Positions 55,244 through 63,454 of a DNA stretch of 64,000 nt are shown in pieces. A program made the position numbers and the translations under genes. Source of the DNA: Clostridia bacterium (GTDB lineage Bacteria > Bacillota > Clostridia > Christensenellales > CAG-138); assembly GCA_030527165.1 (NCBI GenBank), contig JAUNBH010000003.1, positions 20,028-84,027 of the forward strand. The letters run 5' to 3'. The notes under the pieces are model-generated. The model was not told the DNA's origin and ran no database searches. It saw only the letters and a program-made list of their open reading frames with translations. The stretch's first letter is position 1; each line of letters starts with the position of its first letter.

Positions 55244-55801
55244 ATGAACAGGATAAGCACCAAAAAGTGGATATTGATGGCAGTCATGCTGGTTATCGTC
55301 ATAGTGGCGACGGGGTTGCTCCAGTTCGGCATTTTAGGCGACACGCCGCGCGTAGACGGGGCTCCGGCGGGCTCATTTGTGTGTCTGGGCGTGTGCGCGG
55401 TGAGCGTTACTGTCTGCGTGCTGGGCGGGCCGTTTGGTGCGCTGGTCGGCGGGTTGGGCTCGCTGTTGGGCGTGCTCGTGGCGAGCATATGGGTAAGCGG
55501 CGCCGCGGTATACTGTCTGCCGTATATGATACTCATGGCGGGTGTGGCGTTCCTTATCGAAGCGCTGCTGCGGAAAGACGGTTCATGGGTCGGGCTGCTG
55601 AAGATGAGCCTCTACACTTCGCTCATACTGATAGTGGCGATATTCCTATTCGACCTCGTAATAATGGGCGACTATGACGTAGCAGCGAAGGCGCTGCCCA
55701 TCAACCTCCTGCAGTATGTCGCAAACGCGGTGATAGCGATACCCGTAATCAAAATCATCATGTCGCGCCAAGCAAAGACGGAAGCCGGCGCAAGATTCTG
55801 A
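55244..55801 (+). CDS. Polytopic membrane protein (possibly an ECF S-component-like substrate-capture protein)
   Basis: 185 aa with 5-6 TM helices and a GGPFGALVGGLG motif. AGGAGG SD. The family call is tentative. Confidence 0.45.
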   Translation: MNRISTKKWILMAVMLVIVIVATGLLQFGILGDTPRVDGAPAGSFVCLGVCAVSVTVCVLGGPFGALVGGLGSLLGVLVASIWVSGAAVYCLPYMILMAGVAFLIEALLRKDGSWVGLLKMSLYTSLILIVAIFLFDLVIMGDYDVAAKALPINLLQYVANAVIAIPVIKIIMSRQAKTEAGARF

Positions 55802-55982
55802 CGCGTTCAGGGGCTGTCGGAGTACGGCTCGCCCACTCAATGCGGCGGTCTGCGTGCCGTTTGAGCATGGCCTCAAGGCCGCCTCCGGTTGCGGGAGCGC
55901 GACGCTGAAAACCGCAAAGGAAGGCGTTCGCCTCTGGTGCGGGCGCGTTAGAATACGAGGGCTCCCTTCACGCTTGTGCATT

Positions 55983-56009
55983 TGGAGCGCGGTCGACGCC
56001 GCGCTCTTT
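55983..56009 (+). terminator. Rho-independent terminator about 180 nt downstream of the nearest + strand gene
   Basis: GAGCGCGG/CCGCGCTC 8-bp stem with a 6-nt loop, followed by T5 (56005-56009). Confidence 0.7.
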
Positions 56010-56074
56010 TTGTCGCCTTGCGGCGTTCTGCTTCAACGGGAATGGCGGCTTCGCGCGCTCGGTTATGCGTGCGG

Positions 56075-56857
56075 CTAATCCCACTCCTCAGTCTCGCGAA
56101 AGCGCGCGTTTACATCGAGGCGGCTTACGAACGCAGGCAGCCTGTCCTCCAGCGTGATCTGCCAGGGGTGTGCGGAATGAAGACAGCTGTTCGACCGCAT
56201 GGAGTAGGCGTCATTGCGCCCGACGATTATGTGGTCTACAACGGGTACGTCTATGGAGAGCAGGGCGGTTATAAGCGTGTGCGTGAGCTGTATATCCTCC
56301 TCGGATGGACATAGGTCGCCGGATGGATGGTTGTGTACCAATATGATTCTGGAGGCGTTGTGGCGTATGGCGGAGCCTATTACCTCGCGCGGATGCATTG
56401 AAACGCTGGTGGCGCTGCCCTCGCCTATGCGCTCGGCGTACACGGGTACGCGCTCCTTGTCGAGCGATATGACATAAGCGCGCTCCCGAGAGTCCGAGGC
56501 GGCTATCGGTATGCAGAAGCGCATGGCGGTCTGGGAGTTGTGCAAGGGCATGCCGCGCGTCTTATCGGACTCCATGCGGTTGGCGAGCGCGCCTGTGAGC
56601 GAGAGCAGCACGGCCGAGTGCAGGCCGACGCCCCTGTTGGAGACGAGCTCTCCAACGTCGGATGTAAGTATCCTGCTGAGGCTGCCGTACTTGGCGAGCA
56701 GCTCGTGGGCGAGCGCATTTGTATCCTTCTGCGGAATGCAATAGAACAAAAGGAGCTCAAGCAGTTGATGATCCTGCATATACTGCGAACCGCCGGCGGC
56801 GTACTGCTCCTTTAAGCGTAACCTATGCCCGTCATGCACGTTAGTCGGCTTTCCCAT
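56075..56857 (-). CDS. radC: RadC-like JAB/MPN-domain protein
   Basis: HRLRLKEQY...LLELLLFYCIPQKDTNALAHELL plus the JAMM motif HNHPSGDLCPSEED. I chose ATG 56857. Confidence 0.85.
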   Translation of the reverse strand: MGKPTNVHDGHRLRLKEQYAAGGSQYMQDHQLLELLLFYCIPQKDTNALAHELLAKYGSLSRILTSDVGELVSNRGVGLHSAVLLSLTGALANRMESDKTRGMPLHNSQTAMRFCIPIAASDSRERAYVISLDKERVPVYAERIGEGSATSVSMHPREVIGSAIRHNASRIILVHNHPSGDLCPSEEDIQLTHTLITALLSIDVPVVDHIIVGRNDAYSMRSNSCLHSAHPWQITLEDRLPAFVSRLDVNARFRETEEWD

Positions 56858-57035
56858 GTCGCAAAACTCCGTGTTTCGGTGGATTATACCGTATGCTAAC
56901 ATAATACGACGAATCTCACAATGCGAAAAACTGAAAAGCACGCAAAAAATCAGGCGAAGCGGGGCTCATACGGCCATGCATCGCCCGAAGCGAATCAAAA
57001 ATCGAAGCTCGAAAGCGCGTGAGTTAGGTTTGTGC

Positions 57036-58019
57036 TCATCCCGCGCAGGAGGAATCTATGCGCACCGACCCGTGCACGGTTTTTGCAGTTATAGTCCTGG
57101 ACGCGGAGTTGTCGATATTGATAGGTCCCATGTCCAAGAAGCCGTTGCGCTTAAGCTGTCGCCCGTTGACATATACCGCGCTCATGGACGACACGGAGAG
57201 GTCGTAGGACTTGATGGGCAGTGTAGTGGTAAGCGCCACCGAGCCGTTTACCGTCGACAGCTTGACGTCGCCGTCAAACGCGCCGGACAGCCTCAGCGAA
57301 CCGTTGACGCTGTGGGCCTTGAGTTGACCGCACCTCACGTCGGCGCTGGACACGGAACCGTTTACCGTGTGGAGCTTGAGCTGGGCCGCAAGCAGACCGG
57401 ACGCCTCGACCGAGCCGTTGACGCTCGACGCCGATAACTTGTCCGCTCGCACGTTTTCTACGCTCATAGAGCTGTTCACGCACGCGAGGTCGACCGATTC
57501 ATACTCCTTAAATGCGAGGTAAAGCGTCAGCTCTCCGCCGCCGGAGTTGCGGTGGAATCCGCCGGGGAAGCCGTTCTCCGGCTTTTCTTTAATGTGCAAC
57601 CGGCCGTCCTTTACGCGGTATTCGAGTGTGGTGAATCTGTCGTCAGTCGTCCAAGACAGAGCGCATCTGTCGGACTTTAGCACGCGCAGCTTGCTGTTCA
57701 CCAATTCAACGCATAGGGAGGAGAAAGCCGGCAGCAAGTGCTGCTTTACTCTGACGCTGCCCCCAAAGCGTGTTGTGCCGTCTTCTTCCACCGTGGGCTC
57801 GCCGGAGCTGCCCGCCTTGGCGCCGCTCTTTCCGAGGCTCGTGATTATCTCGTCTGCGAGCGCCTCGGGAGAGCCGAGCTCCTCGATAAGCCGCGCTTCG
57901 TTGCCCGCGCCTGCGTCGGCGAAGTAGTCTTCATAATACCGAAGCGCGTCGTCGCGATCGGACTTGGGGAGCGGCGCAAGTGCTGCGTCCAACCTGTACA
58001 GGAATTCGTGTTTTGTCAT
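57036..58019 (-). CDS. DUF1700 (HAAS-like) N-terminal domain fused to a DUF4097-type beta-helical repeat domain
   Basis: MTKHEFLYRLDAALAPLPKSDRDDALRYYEDYF is a DUF1700 signature. The C-terminal half has repeated (S/T)VNGS(V/L) units. It starts 2 nt after the padR-family stop. Confidence 0.7.
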   Translation of the reverse strand: MTKHEFLYRLDAALAPLPKSDRDDALRYYEDYFADAGAGNEARLIEELGSPEALADEIITSLGKSGAKAGSSGEPTVEEDGTTRFGGSVRVKQHLLPAFSSLCVELVNSKLRVLKSDRCALSWTTDDRFTTLEYRVKDGRLHIKEKPENGFPGGFHRNSGGGELTLYLAFKEYESVDLACVNSSMSVENVRADKLSASSVNGSVEASGLLAAQLKLHTVNGSVSSADVRCGQLKAHSVNGSLRLSGAFDGDVKLSTVNGSVALTTTLPIKSYDLSVSSMSAVYVNGRQLKRNGFLDMGPINIDNSASRTITAKTVHGSVRIDSSCAG

Positions 58020-58021
58020 CG

Positions 58022-58336
58022 TTAGTTTGCCCCTTTCATGAGTATTTCGTCAATCTTTGCGCTCAACTCTCGCCAATCGCCCTGGTACGCCGCGAGAGAT
58101 TCACGCCCCTTGTCGGTTATGGCGTAGTACCTGCGCAGCCTGCCGGAGATGGGCTGGTCGTATGTGTGCAGCTGCTCGTTTGCGAGGAGCCGCCTCAACA
58201 CGGGATACAGCGTCGATTCCGAGAGAGGTACGAGCTCTCTGACTCTCTGCGTCAGCACATAACCGTATGTCGGCTCGTCCGCAAGTATCGCGAGCACGCA
58301 GGCGTCGAGCAGTGCGGAACTAATTTGAAATGCCAT
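58022..58336 (-). CDS. PadR-family transcriptional regulator
   Basis: YGYVLTQRVRELVPLSESTLYPVLRRLLANEQL...RRYYAITDKGRE is the winged-helix PadR signature. AGGAGGA SD. Confidence 0.9.
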   Translation of the reverse strand: MAFQISSALLDACVLAILADEPTYGYVLTQRVRELVPLSESTLYPVLRRLLANEQLHTYDQPISGRLRRYYAITDKGRESLAAYQGDWRELSAKIDEILMKGAN

Positions 58337-58359
58337 TATAATATCCTCCTTACAGCGAT

Positions 58360-58391
58360 ATTATATTGCGTATAATATTGATTGTCAATAT
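58360..58391 (-). promoter_or_regulatory. Consensus promoter of the padR operon with an overlapping 7-3-7 inverted repeat (candidate PadR operator)
   Basis: On the minus strand: TTGACA (58383-58388), 17 nt spacer, then TATAAT (58360-58365). The palindrome ATATTGA-ttg-TCAATAT (58375-58391) covers the -35 element. Confidence 0.65.
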
Positions 58392-58475
58392 GATATTTCA
58401 CTCTGTTTGAATATATTTTTTGTTCAATCCCGGGATGCGTGATACTATACTGTTAGATTAGAGAATTGGAGCAGT

Positions 58476-59144
58476 GTGTTGAAGCGAACGATAATAATCG
58501 TCATAGAGGGAATAGACGGCAGCGGCAAGACCGTACAGTTTAACATGCTCAAGGAAAAGCTCATAGCCATGGGCAAGAGCGTAGCCACGCGGTCCTTCCC
58601 GCGATACGGCAGCTATTTTGGCGAGCAGATAGGGCGCTACCTGTCGGGTAACGGCGCGGTTCCCGCAACCGAGGTGGACAACAAGAGCATGGCGCTGTGG
58701 TTTGCCCTGGACAGGTGGGAGAGCTTTTCCGATTACAGGGATGGCGAAACGGACTATTTGCTTATTAACCGCTACGTCATGTCCAACGCCGTGTATCAGA
58801 GCATACGTGACGGAGACAGCGACATATCGGATTGGGTGATTGACCTGGAGTTCAATCATTTCAAGCTGCCGCGTCCGGACGTCACGCTGTTTTTCTCGGT
58901 TGCAACGAAGTGGGCGTCCGACAATGTCCTCAAGAAGGAGCGGCGCGATTATGTGGAGGAGGCAAAGGACGTGTACGAAGCGTCGCCCGGCATACAGAGC
59001 CGGGCGCGCGAGCTGTACTTAAAGTGCGCTCGGCGCTACGGCGGCATATCGGTGATAGAGTGCATGGGGGAGAGCGGCATGCTCGGCGTTGAGGAAATAT
59101 CCCAAAAAGTGACGGAGGAGCTCGAACGCCTGGGTTTACTCTGA
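58476..59144 (+). CDS. Thymidylate-kinase-family (dTMP kinase-like) P-loop kinase
   Basis: IVIEGIDGSGKT P-loop and a DRW motif (in the position of DRY/H). Length 222 aa. The start codon is uncertain (GTG 58476 or TTG 58479). Confidence 0.6.
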   Translation: MLKRTIIIVIEGIDGSGKTVQFNMLKEKLIAMGKSVATRSFPRYGSYFGEQIGRYLSGNGAVPATEVDNKSMALWFALDRWESFSDYRDGETDYLLINRYVMSNAVYQSIRDGDSDISDWVIDLEFNHFKLPRPDVTLFFSVATKWASDNVLKKERRDYVEEAKDVYEASPGIQSRARELYLKCARRYGGISVIECMGESGMLGVEEISQKVTEELERLGLL

Positions 59145-59177
59145 CCACTGCCTCGCGCAGAACCTCTCAGGCATATC

Positions 59178-59202
59178 AAAAGACCCCTTGTGGGGTCTTT
59201 TT
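59178..59202. terminator. Bidirectional Rho-independent terminator
   Basis: AAAAGACCCC-ttgt-GGGGTCTTTTT lies between convergent genes. Confidence 0.8.
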
Positions 59203-59224
59203 GTCGCTGTGCGTACAAACGACG

Positions 59225-60814
59225 TCAATCGCCGCCTTCGTCCGGTATTATCTCAAACTCGGGGTCGAGAGGCGTACCGGGTATGTAACCCTGCCACACA
59301 TAATAGCGCAGCGGATGCATTTTGTACTCGGTGCGGTCGACAAACACTCTCTGCACCACGACGTCATTGAGGTAGTACACCTTGTAAGTATCGTAAATAT
59401 AGCCGGTGCGCGCGTTATTGCGGAGCATCCAGTAGCCCTCCTCGAGCGTAGGATCCGTTATGTACTCGGTAGCGCTGGGCTGAATGGTCTCAATGTGCTG
59501 GGAGACGAACTCTATGCGGTCGAACGTCGCGGGGAAAGCCTCCCCGTACACCGCGCACCACACGCGCTTTGCGCCCGTCTCTACCCAGCAGAACACATAC
59601 AGCGGGTGTTCGGTGCTGTTCTTAAACTGGAAATCTATTCTGCCGCTGTCTATGGTCGCGTCGAGTCCGCCGGCAGCGTAGTCGCTCACCCTGGAGTGGC
59701 CGCGCCTGTACACGACTTCGAGGTCAGCCATTACGACGGCATTGTACATCGTAGTGGAAACCTGGCACACGCCGCCGCCGGGCTGGTCCTCGGTGCTTGC
59801 GCCGCCCATTATGATGGCGGGTGCGGGCAGCCAGCCGGATTCGATAGTGCGGTAGCCCAGGCAGTCGTTGATGGAGAACACTTCGCCGGGCTGGAGCACG
59901 GTGCCGTTGACGAGTCCCGCGGCCTTCTTGATGTTATGCACCCTGTTGGCGCCGCTGCTCATCGCGTAGGATGTGGAGAATACGGCGCGCGGCTGGAGCA
60001 GCTTCGATAATGAGGCTACCGTAACGCTTGGGACGATGGAGCTCATGGGCACGGCCAGGGACTCGGTATTGTCGTTGTTAAACTTGTATTTGGTGAGGCG
60101 TTCGAGTATACCCGCGTCAACTGCCGAGCCGTATACCTCGGGGGTGAACAGGAAGAACTGCTCTGTGTTTTCGGGGTCGATGACAAACGAGGCGTTGCTG
60201 GGCGCCACGTCTATATCGCCGCGCAGTTCGTCCGCAATAGCTTCAACGAGCGAGCTGTCGATAGTGAACTCTATGTCGAAAGCACGGCCGTTTTGCTCGA
60301 TGTCAGCCAGTTCAGCCTTGACCTCCTCCAGCGTGCCGCGGCGCGCCAAGCTGTACGCGTCGACTATGACCCTGTCAAAGTCGGTCGTAATGCCCAGGTT
60401 GACGGAGTTTAGCGTCAGCAGCGTTTCGCCGTTTTTGGTCAAGTCAAATTCAAACGAGTTGAGCTTCTCGTCGATCTTTTGCCTGACGGCAGCGCGCCCC
60501 TCTTCGAGCGTCATACCGGACAGGTCTACGTCGTAAACGGTGACGCCCGCTCTAAAATGCGGGTCGCTGATGAGGCTCTCGCGTTCGAGCGCCGCCTCGT
60601 AGCGCGCCTGAAACTCCGCCGCCACCTCCGCTTTCTCATTTATTATGCCTACCAGCCCATAGATGCCGAGAGCCAGTATGGCGGCAAGCACGATGCAGCC
60701 GAGTATTATAAGCACCGTGAGTACGGTGCGCTTTGGTGCGGCAGCAGACGCCGCGTCCGATGAGACGGCTGCGTCCTCTGGCGTGTCTATGCGAGTGGTG
60801 GAATCGTCGGCCAT
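59225..60814 (-). CDS. VanW-family protein (N-terminal TM anchor)
   Basis: TM helix (VLTVLIILGCIVLAAILALGIYGLV). VanW core (PGEVFSINDCLGYRT...GGGVCQVSTTMYNAV...RRGHS). Confidence 0.8.
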   Translation of the reverse strand: MADDSTTRIDTPEDAAVSSDAASAAAPKRTVLTVLIILGCIVLAAILALGIYGLVGIINEKAEVAAEFQARYEAALERESLISDPHFRAGVTVYDVDLSGMTLEEGRAAVRQKIDEKLNSFEFDLTKNGETLLTLNSVNLGITTDFDRVIVDAYSLARRGTLEEVKAELADIEQNGRAFDIEFTIDSSLVEAIADELRGDIDVAPSNASFVIDPENTEQFFLFTPEVYGSAVDAGILERLTKYKFNNDNTESLAVPMSSIVPSVTVASLSKLLQPRAVFSTSYAMSSGANRVHNIKKAAGLVNGTVLQPGEVFSINDCLGYRTIESGWLPAPAIIMGGASTEDQPGGGVCQVSTTMYNAVVMADLEVVYRRGHSRVSDYAAGGLDATIDSGRIDFQFKNSTEHPLYVFCWVETGAKRVWCAVYGEAFPATFDRIEFVSQHIETIQPSATEYITDPTLEEGYWMLRNNARTGYIYDTYKVYYLNDVVVQRVFVDRTEYKMHPLRYYVWQGYIPGTPLDPEFEIIPDEGGD

Positions 60815-61045
60815 TGTTTCCTCCGTTGCTAACTTGACGTAACACCTTATTATAATGGATTGACAATCTATTGTAAAGGCGAATAATGTGTCTGTTTTGT
60901 AAACACTAACGCAAAAATGGCTCTACCGGCGCGTGGAATGGCGTTAATGCAGATTTGCACGCCCAAAGCACAGAATGCGCATGGATTTTGTAGCTATGGC
61001 TATTGACAGCGCGAGCTAAATGTAGAATACTATAAGCGGCTCTTG

Positions 61046-61092
61046 TCACAAGATATGGCGTCTGAAGCCGGCGCGAACCATATATATTGTTG
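61046..61092 (+). promoter_or_regulatory. Tandem NrdR boxes
   Basis: Box 1 is TCACAAGATATGGCGT (61046-61061). Box 2 is ACCATATATATTGTTG (61077-61092). Both resemble the acaCwAtATaTwGtgt consensus. Their centres are 31 bp apart, and they lie 40-85 nt upstream of nrdJ. Confidence 0.6.
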
Positions 61093-61130
61093 TACAAGGC
61101 GAACTAAGGCGGCATTTGGAGGGTGGAACG

Positions 61131-63401
61131 ATGGCTCAACTGTCAAAGAACGCGCTGACCGTGTTGGAGCGCAGGTATCTCATAAAGGACTCCGAGGGCA
61201 ATCCGATCGAAACGCCGGAGGCGCTTTTTCGGAGGGTAGCGGAAGCCATAGCTCAGGCGGAGCTGAATTACAACGCCAACGCCGATACGTCCGCGCTGGC
61301 TGACGAGTTTTTCGATATGATGGACAGCTTGAGATTCATGCCCAATTCGCCCACGCTGATGAACGCAGGAAGGCCGCTGGGGCAGCTGTCCGCATGTTTT
61401 GTGCTGCCCGTGGGGGACTCCATGGTCGAGATATTCGACTCAGTAAAGAACGCCGCGCTGATACACAAGAGCGGCGGCGGAACGGGGTTCTCGTTTTCCC
61501 GGCTCAGACCGGCGGGTTCGACCGTGCTCTCAACGGGCGGCGTGGCCTCCGGCCCCGTGAGCTTTATGAAGGTGTTTAACACCGCAACCGAGGCGGTGAA
61601 GCAAGGCGGCACGCGCCGCGGCGCTAACATGGGCATACTGCGGATAGACCATCCGGACATAATCGGCTTTATCAAGTGCAAGGCGGACAGCTCCGAGATA
61701 ACCAACTTCAATATAAGCGTGGGACTGACGGAGAGCTTCATGGAAGCGATGGAGCGCGGCGAGGATTACGACCTGGTGCATCCGGTGACCAAGGAAGTCA
61801 CGGGCAGGCTGAACGCGCGGGAAGTGTTTAGTCTGATAGTCGATATGGCGTGGCGCAACGGTGAGCCGGGCATAGTGTTTTTAGACAGGATGAACGCCGA
61901 CAACGTAGTTCCATGCGCGGGAGAAATAGAGTCGACCAACCCCTGCGGCGAACAGCCGCTGCTCCCGTACGAGAGCTGCAATCTCGGTTCTATAAACTTG
62001 GGCGCGATGCTCAAGGGCAATGGTACTGTTTACGAGATAGATTACGAACTGCTGGACGCGACTGTGCGCGGCGCTGTTCACTTTCTGGACAACGTGATAG
62101 ACGTCAACAAGTACCCGCTGCCCGAGATAGCTCAGATGACGCGCTCTACCCGAAAGATTGGCCTGGGCGTGATGGGCTTTGCGGACATGCTGTACAAGCT
62201 GGGCGTGCCCTACAACTCCGAGGAGGGCATAGCGCTGGCGGGCAGTCTCATGGCGCGCATAAACGACAGGGCGCACAAAGCGTCGGAGGAGCTCGCGCTG
62301 ACGCGCGGCGCATTCCCGCTGTTCGAGCAGAGCACGCTGAAGAACGGCACGCCCATACGCAACGCGACGTGCACGACCATAGCCCCCACGGGAACCATAT
62401 CCATAATCTGCAATGCGTCCAGCGGGGTAGAGCCGTTGTTTGCGCTGTCGTTCGTGCGCAACGTAATGGACGACGATGAGCTGCCGCAGGTTGACCCGTA
62501 CTTTGAGCAGGTGGCAAAGCAGAGGGGCTTCTACTCAAAGGAGCTCATGAAGCGCATAGCCAAGGAGGGGACGCTGCACGGCATGGCGGACATACCGGAG
62601 GATGTGCTGCGCGTGTTCGTCACAGCGCACGACGTGTCGCCCAAGTACCATATCAGGATGCAGTCCGCGTTCCAGCGGTTTACGGATAACGCCGTATCAA
62701 AGACTGTCAACTTCCCGAACTCCGCAACGCGTGAGGACGTCGCGGAGGTGTATCGCCTGGCGTACAAGCTGCGCTGTAAGGGCGTCACCATATACAGGGA
62801 CGGCAGCAGGAGCGAGCAGGTGCTCTATGTAGGCGACAAGAAGGGCGAAGCTCCCAAGGCTGCGATAACGCCGCGCCCACGGCCGGAGATAACGCGCGGC
62901 GTAACCGAAAAAGTTGTCATAGGCTGCGGCAATCTATACGTCACCGTGAATTATGACGACGAGGGCATATGCGAGGTGTTTGCAAACCTGGGCAGGGCGG
63001 GCGGATGCCCAAGTCAGAGCGAGGCGACGAGCCGTCTCATATCGACCGCGCTGCGTTCGGGCATGTCGGTCGAGGCGATAATCGAGCAGCTCAGGGGTAT
63101 AAGGTGTCATTCCACACTCAGGCAAAAGGGCGTCAACAAGAATATCAAGGTGTTGTCCTGTCCGGACGCCATAGGCAGGGTACTCGAACGTGTGGCGCGC
63201 ATTAAGGCGGATGAGGACGCGCGCAGGGACGGCGAGGAGTGCGCGGAGACCGCGGTGGAGGCTGCGGAATGCCTGCCGGTGGACATTATGCATGTGGACG
63301 ACCCGATACACGATTCGCCGTGTCCGGAGTGCGGCAGCGGCATGGAGCATGAGGGCGGCTGCGTGATATGCAGGGCGTGCGGATACAGTAAGTGCAATTA
63401 A
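61131..63401 (+). CDS. nrdJ: Adenosylcobalamin-dependent (class II) ribonucleotide reductase
   Basis: LTVLERRYL N-terminus. Active-site TNPCGEQPLLPYESCNLGS. C-terminal Cys-rich tail CPECGSGMEHEGGCVICRACGYSKC. GGAGGGTGG SD precedes ATG 61131. Confidence 0.9.
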   Translation: MAQLSKNALTVLERRYLIKDSEGNPIETPEALFRRVAEAIAQAELNYNANADTSALADEFFDMMDSLRFMPNSPTLMNAGRPLGQLSACFVLPVGDSMVEIFDSVKNAALIHKSGGGTGFSFSRLRPAGSTVLSTGGVASGPVSFMKVFNTATEAVKQGGTRRGANMGILRIDHPDIIGFIKCKADSSEITNFNISVGLTESFMEAMERGEDYDLVHPVTKEVTGRLNAREVFSLIVDMAWRNGEPGIVFLDRMNADNVVPCAGEIESTNPCGEQPLLPYESCNLGSINLGAMLKGNGTVYEIDYELLDATVRGAVHFLDNVIDVNKYPLPEIAQMTRSTRKIGLGVMGFADMLYKLGVPYNSEEGIALAGSLMARINDRAHKASEELALTRGAFPLFEQSTLKNGTPIRNATCTTIAPTGTISIICNASSGVEPLFALSFVRNVMDDDELPQVDPYFEQVAKQRGFYSKELMKRIAKEGTLHGMADIPEDVLRVFVTAHDVSPKYHIRMQSAFQRFTDNAVSKTVNFPNSATREDVAEVYRLAYKLRCKGVTIYRDGSRSEQVLYVGDKKGEAPKAAITPRPRPEITRGVTEKVVIGCGNLYVTVNYDDEGICEVFANLGRAGGCPSQSEATSRLISTALRSGMSVEAIIEQLRGIRCHSTLRQKGVNKNIKVLSCPDAIGRVLERVARIKADEDARRDGEECAETAVEAAECLPVDIMHVDDPIHDSPCPECGSGMEHEGGCVICRACGYSKCN

Positions 63402-63454
63402 GGCGATAGGCTCAGGTGCCTGACAGGGCTTCGGCGGCGACGCCGGGGCCCACT

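Noticed and set aside
55854-56078. 74-aa + strand ORF in the gap between the membrane-protein gene and radC.
   Set aside because: It has a non-ATG start, no SD and an Arg/Gly/Cys-rich composition. It runs through the intrinsic terminator hairpin at 55983-56009. I treated the region as non-coding or structured RNA instead.
57220-57440. DNA-level repeats that looked like a tandem repeat array.
   Set aside because: They are the imperfect coding repeats of the DUF4097 beta-helix ((S/T)VNGS(V/L) units) inside a continuous ORF. They are not a non-coding repeat or a CRISPR-like array.
60815-61130. Possible cobalamin riboswitch in the long nrdJ 5' region.
   Set aside because: I found no B12-box-like core and none of the conserved GCCACTG-type elements. 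B12 riboswitches normally precede B12-independent RNRs rather than nrdJ. NrdR boxes explain the regulatory content better. This is not excluded without cmsearch.
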